Source: Promethearchaeota archaeon
GTDB lineage: Archaea; Asgardarchaeota; Lokiarchaeia; Sigyniarchaeales; SOKP01
Direction: 5' to 3'
Assembly: GCA_030599585.1 (NCBI GenBank)
Contig: JAUVNS010000004.1
Span: 256,001 to 320,000 of the forward strand
Length of the DNA stretch: 64,000 nt
Shown here: piece after piece, positions 29,095-38,867 of the stretch
Layout of the letters: each line of letters begins with the position of its first letter
Numbering within the stretch: position 1 is the first letter of the stretch
Notes under the pieces: generated by a model
The model's input: only the letters and a program-made list of their open reading frames with translations
Database searches by the model: none
What the model was told of the DNA's origin: nothing
Made by a program: the position numbers and the translations under genes

Positions 29095-30235
29095 GATGCT
29101 CATCTATTTTATTGAGCATCCAATCAAAGGAAGGTATAGAATTTATGTATTTTTGCCATAAATACAATAAAAACCCTAACAAAATAATGTAAGCTATTAA
29201 GAATGGAATAAACATTAGTAAAGGTAATTTTTGGTAAAAAAGAGGTAAGAATATAAATTGGAGAAAGAATAAAGTTATCGAATTCTTCCCAAAAAGAGAT
29301 ACTATATTTATTTTTAAATTATTTTTGTGTAAGATATCCTTTCTGTAATACTTTCTACCAATAACAAGCAATGCTACTCCCATTGATACAAAAATGTAAG
29401 ACGGGGTTCCTGTATATAGAATTGTTGGTATTCCCGAGATAAATGTAGTAGGGTACGCTTCTAAAAGGGGAATAGCGTCAATAAATGGATACGTTAAAGG
29501 ATCATAATTCTCTCCCGTTATGATAAATCCAACATCAATGAATGGAAGCAAAAGTCCACAAACTAGTAAAAATGAGCCATATTTAAATATTGAGTTAGTA
29601 GAATGTAGATTAGCGTTACTTGAGTTTAACGTAATAGATTCGTATATGAATTCTCCAAATACAGTAGAGAAAACAGAAATCGAGGCATACGGTAATAAAG
29701 AGAAACTCGGATTAGGTGAAACTACGATGAAATATATAATGTTAAGTGTAGGATTCAGATCTTTTCCTATGAAGAGAAATTCTCTAATGCCTGGTGTAAA
29801 AATTATGATGCTTAAGCCAATAGCAAATCTAGCCCATCTGACTAATTTGAAGATATAATAACTAATAAATTGTGAGAACCCTAAAAAGACAAGAATGTTC
29901 CACCCCCAAAGATTCTGAGGAAAATGGGAAATTGAATTTGTAATTAAATTGAATAAAATTCCTAATGAAATTAGGAAAAATCCTTGAGTCAATACTATAT
30001 TTCTATTGTTTCTTTCAGGAATCCTTCCCATTTTCTTATTAAGTGTAAAAGAAATGGAGAATGAAACTGTAAATATGTATAACATAGGACCAAATATGCT
30101 TAAGATGGTAAGTAAAAAGGTGATAATATAGATAGATTCAACATCAAACACTAACCAGTAATTAATTGCATTAGAGAATAGTATTATCAGAATAGAGAGT
30201 CCTTTAATTATTTCTATACTTTTCAATTTTACCAT
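29084..30235 (-). CDS. DUF1624/HGSNAT-like transmembrane acyltransferase-family protein (degenerate)
   Basis: About 10 TM segments. N-terminal KSIEIIKGLSI resembles the SxDxxRG motif. Also WNIL, LLPY and FGKNSITLF. Confidence 0.6.
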   Translation of the reverse strand: MVKLKSIEIIKGLSILIILFSNAINYWLVFDVESIYIITFLLTILSIFGPMLYIFTVSFSISFTLNKKMGRIPERNNRNIVLTQGFFLISLGILFNLITNSISHFPQNLWGWNILVFLGFSQFISYYIFKLVRWARFAIGLSIIIFTPGIREFLFIGKDLNPTLNIIYFIVVSPNPSFSLLPYASISVFSTVFGEFIYESITLNSSNANLHSTNSIFKYGSFLLVCGLLLPFIDVGFIITGENYDPLTYPFIDAIPLLEAYPTTFISGIPTILYTGTPSYIFVSMGVALLVIGRKYYRKDILHKNNLKINIVSLFGKNSITLFFLQFIFLPLFYQKLPLLMFIPFLIAYIILLGFLLYLWQKYINSIPSFDWMLNKIDEHLKK

Positions 30236-30297
30236 AACGGTCCCACCTATTCAAAATGTTTTAAAATGCTCGTATAATTCTAGAAGCATTTAGTTTT

Positions 30298-30924
30298 TTA
30301 TGATTCAGAGAAAAAATCTTCTCTCTTATAAGTTTTTTTATCATATTCTTTGAAACCAATAGATTTAATGAATTGATACGATACGGTATTTCCTTTATAT
30401 ACTTCACACCTGAGTTCTTTTATACCCTTTTTTTTAAAATAATTCCATGCTGCCATACCTATAACAGTTCCAAGGCCCTTTCTTTGAAAACGGGGTATAA
30501 TTCCCATGCCTGCTATTACACCAATCTCTTGATTTTTACCTTCACAATCGAGTATAGCGAACCCAGCATCCGAGCCATATACTTTTGCGATTAATATTAT
30601 CGTTTCGGGATATTCCCAAATAGCTTTCAAGGAACTTACCGAAATTGCCGAAAACGGTGTTTGCGAAGTTAACCAAGATCTATCATAGAGGTATTTCACA
30701 CTTTGGAGGTCTTCTTCATTTGCTTCTCTGATCTTTGCTCTAAGGATATTGCTTTTTACTTTTTTTGAAAGATTTTCCTCAAGTTCAGGAGTTATATCCG
30801 AAACTGGTAATTTCATTTGGATATATTCTAGCGATTCGACTTCTTCTTTTTGATCCTTCTTATCAACACTAAGGAAATAACTTCGTATTTTTTTTTTTTT
30901 TAAGTTTAATCTTGAACTCGACAT
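30298..30924 (-). CDS. GNAT family N-acetyltransferase
   Basis: IREA; acetyl-CoA motif A GIIPRFQRKGLGT; N-x-x-S-x-x-F-x-x-x-x-GF. Confidence 0.9.
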   Translation of the reverse strand: MSSSRLNLKKKKIRSYFLSVDKKDQKEEVESLEYIQMKLPVSDITPELEENLSKKVKSNILRAKIREANEEDLQSVKYLYDRSWLTSQTPFSAISVSSLKAIWEYPETIILIAKVYGSDAGFAILDCEGKNQEIGVIAGMGIIPRFQRKGLGTVIGMAAWNYFKKKGIKELRCEVYKGNTVSYQFIKSIGFKEYDKKTYKREDFFSES

Positions 30925-30995
30925 GAGTTATTCAACTACCTTTATTGTGAAAAAGTAAATAGTTAGATATTGTGATAAAGTAAATAGTAAGTATT

Positions 30996-31664
30996 TTAAT
31001 CTAATTCAAAATCTTCTTTGCGGTAGACAATTTGGCCAAATTCTTCAAAATTTAATCCTTTAATGAAGTTAAAAGATTTTTGATTATCGTTGTATACTTC
31101 ACACCTTAATTCTTTCAAACCTTTCTCTTTAAAGTAGTTCCACGCGGCCATACCCAAAATAGTTCCTAAACCTTTTCCTTGAAACTGTGGTAAAACCCCT
31201 AAACCCGCAATTACTCCGTATTCTTTATTTTCTCCTTCAAAATCTAAAATAACAAAACCACTGTAGCTATCATATACTTTTGCAATAAGAAATACTGTAT
31301 TTTGATCGTTGAAAATTTTTTTAAGGGTTCCCCTTTGGATAGGTCTAAACGGTGTAGAACTTGTTAGCCACGATTTGTTATAGATGTCAGTAATGATTGA
31401 GAGATCTTTTAGTTCTGCTTCGCGAATGTTTGCACGATAAATTTTACTTTCAATCTTCCTCCTTAAAGTATTCTCAAACTCCTTAGTAATTTTTTCTATA
31501 GGTAATCTCATCTGGAGATAAACCATTCCATTAGTGAGAATCTGTTTTTCAAGGTCGGTTATTTTCTCCTTTCCGCTATCCTTTTCAATGTGTAAAAAAT
31601 AAGATCTTAAAGCTTTTTTTTTTAAATTTAATTTCTGCTTGATGTCTATTTTTTTTTTATGCAT
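30996..31664 (-). CDS. GNAT family N-acetyltransferase (tandem paralog of 30298-30924)
   Basis: GVLPQFQGKGLGT. Shares GMAAWNYFK, KELRCEVY and SWLTSxTPF with its neighbour. Confidence 0.9.
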   Translation of the reverse strand: MHKKKIDIKQKLNLKKKALRSYFLHIEKDSGKEKITDLEKQILTNGMVYLQMRLPIEKITKEFENTLRRKIESKIYRANIREAELKDLSIITDIYNKSWLTSSTPFRPIQRGTLKKIFNDQNTVFLIAKVYDSYSGFVILDFEGENKEYGVIAGLGVLPQFQGKGLGTILGMAAWNYFKEKGLKELRCEVYNDNQKSFNFIKGLNFEEFGQIVYRKEDFELD

Positions 31665-31681
31665 TTTATTTCGGAGGAATT

Positions 31682-33319
31682 TTATTGAGTGAATATTAAA
31701 CCTAATTTACTTCTTAACTCGTTTTCCATTTGTTCGCTCAATATCGTAGTTCTTCTTAAGATAGAAATTCCTTGTTGAATTTTTTTTGCGAGGCTTGGAT
31801 CGTTAAGTAAATTTCGGTTTTCGCTTGAAAACTCAAAATTTGATCTTAGAGCCATGTCTTCTTCAATTCGCTCATTAACAGCTTCTTTTAAATTAAGCAT
31901 AGCCCCTGAAATTTCTTGATACCTGTTATCTGGGTCATCAGTTATAAATCCAGGGTACACAGCAACCATCTTTTCTTCAAGTTTTTCTTCGTTTTCAATG
32001 AACATGACATATAATGGCATATATATCCAGACTATTGGACGAGAAAATAGTTCGGATTCGTTATCAACTAACGACCAAGATATTAAATCTTTTGCTTCCT
32101 GTAAACAAGTTCCATTTTTAGTTTTTATGATGTTTTTTACCTGTGTATAGAGGTCTTCAATTGATTTTTGTAATAACTTTATTTCTGAAATCATTTTTTC
32201 TTTCTCTTCTTCAAAAGCAGAAAGATTTTTATCTCGATCTCGCAGCTTCAAATCTAATGAAGAACTAAAATTATCAAGTTTTTTCTTTGCCTTAACATCG
32301 ATTTCTAGAGCTCTTTCTTTTAACGTCATGTACTTCTCTGTAAGGGATGTAACTGAACTTACAAAGTTATTCCCCTCTTCTATCAAATACTTGAAATGAT
32401 TTTCGAAGGGAGTAGTTATATCGTTAAATACTCTACCCTTCAATATGTCAGTATGAGTGAACGCCTTGTTTTTTTTAATAATTTCTTCTAGATTTCTCTC
32501 AGCAGTTTTAAATAAAACTGAGATATTTTCTATCACATTCCTTTTCTCATTAACTTTCCACTGATCAATCCTATCACTCTCCAGTGCAAATTTTTCTTTT
32601 ATTTGACTCGAGTCAATTATTTGTGTTGTTTTTGATATTTGGGACGAGAAACGCGAGCTAATATCTTTAAATTGAACATTTATATCAATTAACCATTTAT
32701 CTACTTCCTTCCCTATTAATTCAATCTGTGTGTTCCATCTTAAAGCATTCCCTTTCATATAATCAATTGTATTTCGATAAGTATCTGCAATTTCTAAGGC
32801 TTGCTCCGTTGTAAAATTAGTTTCTAAAGGCATATATTCTGCAACGGGTTTAAATTCTACAAAGGGTAGTAACTTAACTAAGGTTTGAAGGAATTCTGGA
32901 TTGGTTAGTGAATCAAGTTTTAGTTTCTGAAATTCAGATTCTTCACTTTCTCCTATCGCTTCTGCATCCTTATCAATATATTGTAAAACCTCTATTATCT
33001 TCTTTAACTGTTCTTCTTTTGTTCGATTTTCTATATTTCTTAATAAATGTCCAATTAAAGGTTGTCTTGGAGGATTTGAAAGTTTACCTTTTTTCGAAAA
33101 AAGATTCAGCCCATCTAATATGATATGTGTACTAATAACTCCTTGAACGCAAAGAAATGGCCAGAGTAACCTCGAGAAGGATAAAACTTTCTCGTTCTGT
33201 TTCAAATTCTTCGTTAATAGATAAAAAGATAACGCTAATTCGTCGTAATCCCTAATAGGGGGCAAAGAACTATGATTGTAAAATAGGGGTAAAATATATT
33301 GATTTCCATGGATTGACAT
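31682..33319 (-). CDS. Hypothetical protein with long central coiled coil
   Basis: 545-aa ORF; heptad-like E/K/L-rich centre flanked by globular termini. Confidence 0.7.
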   Translation of the reverse strand: MSIHGNQYILPLFYNHSSLPPIRDYDELALSFYLLTKNLKQNEKVLSFSRLLWPFLCVQGVISTHIILDGLNLFSKKGKLSNPPRQPLIGHLLRNIENRTKEEQLKKIIEVLQYIDKDAEAIGESEESEFQKLKLDSLTNPEFLQTLVKLLPFVEFKPVAEYMPLETNFTTEQALEIADTYRNTIDYMKGNALRWNTQIELIGKEVDKWLIDINVQFKDISSRFSSQISKTTQIIDSSQIKEKFALESDRIDQWKVNEKRNVIENISVLFKTAERNLEEIIKKNKAFTHTDILKGRVFNDITTPFENHFKYLIEEGNNFVSSVTSLTEKYMTLKERALEIDVKAKKKLDNFSSSLDLKLRDRDKNLSAFEEEKEKMISEIKLLQKSIEDLYTQVKNIIKTKNGTCLQEAKDLISWSLVDNESELFSRPIVWIYMPLYVMFIENEEKLEEKMVAVYPGFITDDPDNRYQEISGAMLNLKEAVNERIEEDMALRSNFEFSSENRNLLNDPSLAKKIQQGISILRRTTILSEQMENELRSKLGLIFTQ

Positions 33320-33443
33320 AAAACCAGCTCTCCTGATTTAAATTTAATTATTTAATGCTGTTTAAAGATATCTAATTAATTATTACTAAAATTTTTATTT
33401 AAAATTATTTTTTAGAATAAAGTTTAAAATGAAAAATTATAGA

Positions 33444-34274
33444 TTATCTAAGTTGTTCGTAATTATTTGCGATCACGATGATCAAAAGAGATAACAGTAT
33501 TAAAAGCGGCGGTAGAATTGCCCTAACATGAGGAAATCCACCGAGTACTCCTTGAGTAATTCTTCCCGTAAAATATATGAAAAATCCTATCGCGTTTAGT
33601 GCGTAAGATCGCCTCAAGACACCGAATGTTTTTAATGCTAAGTAAACAAAGAGAAATGGAATAACTAACACCATTAAAGGCAACAAAATGAAATTGAGAA
33701 CGAATCTACCTGTAGGATAGCCAAAAAATGTCAAATCTAATTCAAATAAAGGATTATATTTGTCCCTTAAATTGGGGTCCATAAATAATGCGTCTGATAA
33801 TGTTAAAGCTAGAATTCCAACAATAATTGGGAACACAATTAAACAAATTTTGAGCGTTAATTTCACCTTTTTCTGTCTTAAAAAACTCTTTACTCCCTTT
33901 TCTGAATTTTTATTTTCAGCGATCGGCGATAGAATAAGCGTTCCAAAAACTCCCATCAAGCACGAGATACCCATCCAAGTAAAAAATGTAGCAAATCGAT
34001 ATAATGTCATCATCGATCCTAATAACTCTAAATCAGACATCGCTATATCTAATTCGGGAGCATAAAAATTATATACAATAAAAAATACTCTCCCTACTGC
34101 TAAGAATAGGAATAATAACGAAAAATAAAACCAATATAACTTCTTAGAAGTTCTAAATCTCATTAATAGGAAATATGCAAATATAAGAAAATAAAAACCC
34201 ACTATTGCGTAGTATAGACCCGACTCAACGGCATCCCATATGTCAAAATATTGAAAAAAATCTTGAAAAATCAT
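33444..34274 (-). CDS. Seven-TM membrane protein of unknown function
   Basis: Seven hydrophobic segments by inspection; no soluble domain. Confidence 0.7.
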   Translation of the reverse strand: MIFQDFFQYFDIWDAVESGLYYAIVGFYFLIFAYFLLMRFRTSKKLYWFYFSLLFLFLAVGRVFFIVYNFYAPELDIAMSDLELLGSMMTLYRFATFFTWMGISCLMGVFGTLILSPIAENKNSEKGVKSFLRQKKVKLTLKICLIVFPIIVGILALTLSDALFMDPNLRDKYNPLFELDLTFFGYPTGRFVLNFILLPLMVLVIPFLFVYLALKTFGVLRRSYALNAIGFFIYFTGRITQGVLGGFPHVRAILPPLLILLSLLIIVIANNYEQLR

Positions 34275-34480
34275 AATAAATCATAAATTAATTTTATGTG
34301 CTATTTAATTTGAAATTAAAACTTAAAATTATAATAATACTATCATATAGCTTATATAAAAATTTATTTTATAAAATTTTAAACCAATAACTGAATAAAT
34401 TCATTAATCTGAGGAATAATCTTAAAATACAAATATTATCAATTATTCTAATACCTATTAGAATACGGGTTTGATTAAAA

Positions 34481-35965
34481 ATGAAGATAACGGATAATAT
34501 AGAAACTTTTAATTCATTATTGCGGCGCCGTGGTTTTATTTGGGGGCCTTCTCCAGAGATATATGGCGGTTTAGCTGGATTTTATTCGTACGGACCGGCT
34601 GGTAAAGCGTTGAAAAATAATATTCTTTCAAAGTTTAGATTGGAACTCAGAGCTTTTGGCTTTAATGAAGTTGAATGCCCACAAATATTACCCAAAATTG
34701 TGTGGGAAGCTTCGGGACATTTGGAGCGATTTATTGATCCCGTTTTTCGTTGTCAGGAGTGCGAAACAATGCTCAGAGCTGATAAATTCCTTCAAGAACA
34801 ACTTCCCAATACAACTATAGACGGATTGACTTTTGAAGAAATGGAGCAGATTGCCTCCAGTCACAAATTGAGATGTCCAAAATGTGACACTCATTTAGGA
34901 AAAATTGAAGAATATAATTTAATGCTAAAAACTTCAGTTGGAAATGGTACTACCGCATATTTACGCCCAGAAACGGCGACCACAACTTATTTATTGTTTA
35001 ATCGTTTAAACCAGGACGCACGGAGACAATACCCTATTAAAGTGTTTCAATATGGGAAAGCTTATAGAAATGAAATATCCCCAAGACAATTGGTACTCCG
35101 TATGAGAGCATTTGATCAATTTGAAATTCAATTGTTCATAGGAAAGGAGCAAGAATATAATTACGAAGAGTATGATGAATTTAATCAGGAAGAACTTCCC
35201 TTGCTAGATTGGCAAACTCAAGAAAAAAATGTACTAGTTCCTAATCGAATTTCTCTAAAACAAGCAATCAAAACTAATGTGCTCAAAAAACCCGCTTTTG
35301 CATATTGCTTATTTTTAGGTTACTATTTAACATTAAAATTGGGATTTCCAGACGAAGTAATAAGGTTAAGGCAACACTCTCCACAAGAAATGGCTCACTA
35401 TGCAGATGATGCTTGGGATTTAGAGATTAACACTAAACAATTTGGATGGGTTGAAATATGTGGAATACATGATAGAACTGATTACGATTTAAAAAGACAT
35501 GGACAGTTCTCTAAGCAAAACTTCAATATACCAATGGGTACTGATCAAAATTTAAAAGAAATTCCTCAAATTCTTGAAATTGCTTTTGGACCCGATAGAA
35601 TTATTTATACTCTCCTTGAATCTAATTTCAGTGTAGAAGACGAGAGGATAATTCTTAAAATTGAACCAAGTATTGCTCCAAATCTTGTTGCTGTGTTTCC
35701 ACTTGTGAAAAATAAGGAAAAAATCTTCAATCTTGCGAAAAAAGTACATCGACTCCTACTGGACGATAGAATATCTTCTTTTTTTGATTCTGCGGGATCA
35801 ATTGGGAAGAGATATAGGAGACAAGACGAATTAGGAACTCCTTATTGCATAACAATAGATTACGACTCATTAGATGATAACACAGTAACTATTAGACATA
35901 GAGACACTATGGAGCAAAAGAGAGTGCTAATTTCAGAAATACTGGAATATATTAAAAAAAATTAA
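34481..35965 (+). CDS. glyS: Glycine--tRNA ligase (alpha2, archaeal/eukaryotic type)
   Basis: RRGF, EIYGG, VWEASGH, YLRPETA, YRNEISPRQ, GSIGKRYRRQDELGTPYCITIDY. Confidence 0.96.
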   Translation: MKITDNIETFNSLLRRRGFIWGPSPEIYGGLAGFYSYGPAGKALKNNILSKFRLELRAFGFNEVECPQILPKIVWEASGHLERFIDPVFRCQECETMLRADKFLQEQLPNTTIDGLTFEEMEQIASSHKLRCPKCDTHLGKIEEYNLMLKTSVGNGTTAYLRPETATTTYLLFNRLNQDARRQYPIKVFQYGKAYRNEISPRQLVLRMRAFDQFEIQLFIGKEQEYNYEEYDEFNQEELPLLDWQTQEKNVLVPNRISLKQAIKTNVLKKPAFAYCLFLGYYLTLKLGFPDEVIRLRQHSPQEMAHYADDAWDLEINTKQFGWVEICGIHDRTDYDLKRHGQFSKQNFNIPMGTDQNLKEIPQILEIAFGPDRIIYTLLESNFSVEDERIILKIEPSIAPNLVAVFPLVKNKEKIFNLAKKVHRLLLDDRISSFFDSAGSIGKRYRRQDELGTPYCITIDYDSLDDNTVTIRHRDTMEQKRVLISEILEYIKKN

Positions 35966-36092
35966 CAAAAAATAAAGTTAAAATATCTTCAAACGACCGA
36001 GTTTTTCAGAAAAAAATTTTAAAGAGAAGAACATTTTTCTAAAAAATACACATAATTATTAAAAAATAATTTTAAGCATAATTAGATTTATC

Positions 36093-38861
36093 ATGATTTT
36101 TATAAGCACTTTTTCCACTAAATTGAAAAGAAAAAAGGGAAGAAATTTTTTCAAATTGGTTTTATGTATGTTTTTCATTTTTATCTTCACAATTAATGCT
36201 TTTTATTTAGATTATAATATAAAACAAGACTATAACAACAGTACAGATAATTTCTATCAAGATTTCGATATTACGGATGAAACTAACCTAAATATCGCAG
36301 CAGGTCCAGAAATTTTTGTTGATCCTTTTACGGTTAATTTTAGTAAAGTTTGGAATTTTTTTAGAACAAATTACAAGTCTGACCTGGTTATGGACGAAGA
36401 CGCTTATTATAGATTCGGAAATAATCTCGGAGTCGTAAGTTTTGATAAAGTTTATTCAATCGATAATTTGCTCTTATACAAGACCTTATTAAAAGACGAC
36501 ACGGATGCCATTGAAACCTTTGATACTTATTTAAAATTGCGAGAGTCACCTTTATGGTATCAAGATAGTATTAATCAAAATAGTTATGGGTTCGTTAGAG
36601 CTGTTGATAACACAACAGGTGAGATATTCGACAACGATCGATATCTAATTGATAATCTTATGCCAATATTTTTGCTAATAGAGAATATCGGAGACCAAAT
36701 CAATAGCATAAACATTAATAGCATTTACCCAAAGGATTCAATTGAAGAAATTTTCACTTTAATTAACTCTTCTCAATTCTGGGACGATGTTTACGAAGGC
36801 TTCTACGATACAAATTCAACTACAGATAAATACGCGGAGAGCAATTTGAATGCTGTTTTGGCTCTCTTAGAAATTCATCGGATTTACGAGCAACTTGGTT
36901 TGAATGTTGACATAAAGAATCGGGCTTTCGAATTGGCCAATATTACTATGAATAAACTTTTAGACGAGCTGTGGGACAATTTCAACGGTGGTTTTGAGTA
37001 TTATGGACTATATGATTGGAATTCAACGACGGGAAGCACTTATAAATACTTACAAACTAATGCTTTAGGAATTATAACATTGTTAGAATATTGGAAAGAA
37101 TCAGGAATGCAAAGCGATTCTACTTACTTAAAAAACGCTACAATTCTATTTAACTTAGTGGATGCCTTATGGGATTCCGGATTCAATGCATATGAAAAAA
37201 GTCGCGATGCCTTCTGGACTCTTTCTGGAGCGAATAGATCAATTGACCTAGAAGCAAATTCCATAATGATGTCTGCTTGCCTAAAACTTTTCGAATACAC
37301 GGGAAATGTTACATATTATAATAGAGCTTGGAAATTGTTTAACACTTTTGAAGACTATTTTTACGATGAGGCTGTAAATTCTTATAAATCATCCATAGAT
37401 TCCCCTGTTGACGATAATAAAAACTTGTACGCAAATTTAAGATTGTGCGAAGCTTATTTAAATGCTTTCGAAATATATAACAGTACTCAATTAACTTCAG
37501 AGTATAATGTAACTAGTGAAATTCCTGATTTTTTATTTAACCAAGATGTTTTAAACATTACAAGCATCTACTCATACAGAAAAACTGATCAGTTTTATAA
37601 TATAACTACCACGAGTTATGAATCATTTACAATTGAATCTCAAATTGATAATGCTTCTATTAGTTATATATTTAAAAACCCCGAAAATGAAATTTTGGTT
37701 ACTTTATCACAACAAGTTACGAACACATCCACGACCTTTTTATACAATATCACTGATGCGTTTGAAATAGGAGAGGGTTATTTCCTTCAAATATTTGTTA
37801 ACTCATCAAATTTTGGGACTTCTCATGTATTAAAACAATTTAATGTAATCTCCGGTTTAGTAGACTCGCCAATTTTAGGTTTACCCGCTGTGCTCTATCA
37901 GGGACCTGTTATTAACATCACTGTCCCAATCAATAATACCCGCAATCAAAATGTAAATTTAACAGTTTCTATGGAAGGAATTGATATAATTAACGAAGTT
38001 CAAAATATTACGTTTAATACACTTGTTTTAACTAATGTTACATTTAACCTTACGGCTACGCTCGGTGCTACTATCGGCCCTCATACTATTAGTTTTATAT
38101 TTAAAGAGGGTAATATCACCTACTTAGAAATATCAAAAATAATAAATATAGGACACTCATTCGATTATACTAATTTTATATATCAAAACACCATAGTAAA
38201 TGGAGTGAGCGCTTTTGCTTCGCTAACTTTAATTAATTTCCTTCCAAATAGTACCCAAAAATTGAATGTTAGTTTCTACGAAGATGGCAATTTAATTCTC
38301 AGAGAAGAAACACATTTAGTCGAAGAAGAAATTAAGACTGTCTATTACGAATTGGATTATCCAGATACAGAAACTCATATCGTGAATGTCACTATGAAAA
38401 TTTCAAAGGGAGACACAGATTTTTATAGTAAACAATTTAATGTAGAGATAATTGCGAAATTCGAAATTATTAGCGCTTCTTTTCCAGAAACAACATTGCA
38501 AGGTAGTACAGCTCAACTTATTTTAATTATACAGAATAACCTCGATGTTTCTGAACCGTTTATATTCTATGTAAACGGAGTTTCAGTTGATACTAATCTC
38601 AACAGTTTAGGACCAGGTTTAAATAGAATAGTAGTTGAGGTAATCCCTAGCATAAATCCTTATGACTTTGGAAAAAAATCATATACATTTGAAATAAAAG
38701 ATAGTTCGAACGAACCTATTGTAAAATACTACTTTGAAGTACAGATGGAATTATCGTCATTTAATTTAGTACTTTTTTACATTCTTCCTATATTAATTCC
38801 CATAGGCATTATTTTAATATATAAAAATAAAGAAATAAAGAATAAAATGTTAAGAAGATGA
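36093..38861 (+). CDS. Large cell-surface glycoprotein: (alpha/alpha)6-barrel-like domain + Ig-like repeats + C-terminal TM
   Basis: N-terminal basic+hydrophobic signal. Repeated LWD-x3-GGF/FWD-x3-EGF/FYD motifs as in six-hairpin glycosidase folds. Many NxS/T sequons; C-terminal TM with basic tail. Confidence 0.7.
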   Translation: MIFISTFSTKLKRKKGRNFFKLVLCMFFIFIFTINAFYLDYNIKQDYNNSTDNFYQDFDITDETNLNIAAGPEIFVDPFTVNFSKVWNFFRTNYKSDLVMDEDAYYRFGNNLGVVSFDKVYSIDNLLLYKTLLKDDTDAIETFDTYLKLRESPLWYQDSINQNSYGFVRAVDNTTGEIFDNDRYLIDNLMPIFLLIENIGDQINSININSIYPKDSIEEIFTLINSSQFWDDVYEGFYDTNSTTDKYAESNLNAVLALLEIHRIYEQLGLNVDIKNRAFELANITMNKLLDELWDNFNGGFEYYGLYDWNSTTGSTYKYLQTNALGIITLLEYWKESGMQSDSTYLKNATILFNLVDALWDSGFNAYEKSRDAFWTLSGANRSIDLEANSIMMSACLKLFEYTGNVTYYNRAWKLFNTFEDYFYDEAVNSYKSSIDSPVDDNKNLYANLRLCEAYLNAFEIYNSTQLTSEYNVTSEIPDFLFNQDVLNITSIYSYRKTDQFYNITTTSYESFTIESQIDNASISYIFKNPENEILVTLSQQVTNTSTTFLYNITDAFEIGEGYFLQIFVNSSNFGTSHVLKQFNVISGLVDSPILGLPAVLYQGPVINITVPINNTRNQNVNLTVSMEGIDIINEVQNITFNTLVLTNVTFNLTATLGATIGPHTISFIFKEGNITYLEISKIINIGHSFDYTNFIYQNTIVNGVSAFASLTLINFLPNSTQKLNVSFYEDGNLILREETHLVEEEIKTVYYELDYPDTETHIVNVTMKISKGDTDFYSKQFNVEIIAKFEIISASFPETTLQGSTAQLILIIQNNLDVSEPFIFYVNGVSVDTNLNSLGPGLNRIVVEVIPSINPYDFGKKSYTFEIKDSSNEPIVKYYFEVQMELSSFNLVLFYILPILIPIGIILIYKNKEIKNKMLRR

Positions 38862-38867
38862 TTAACG

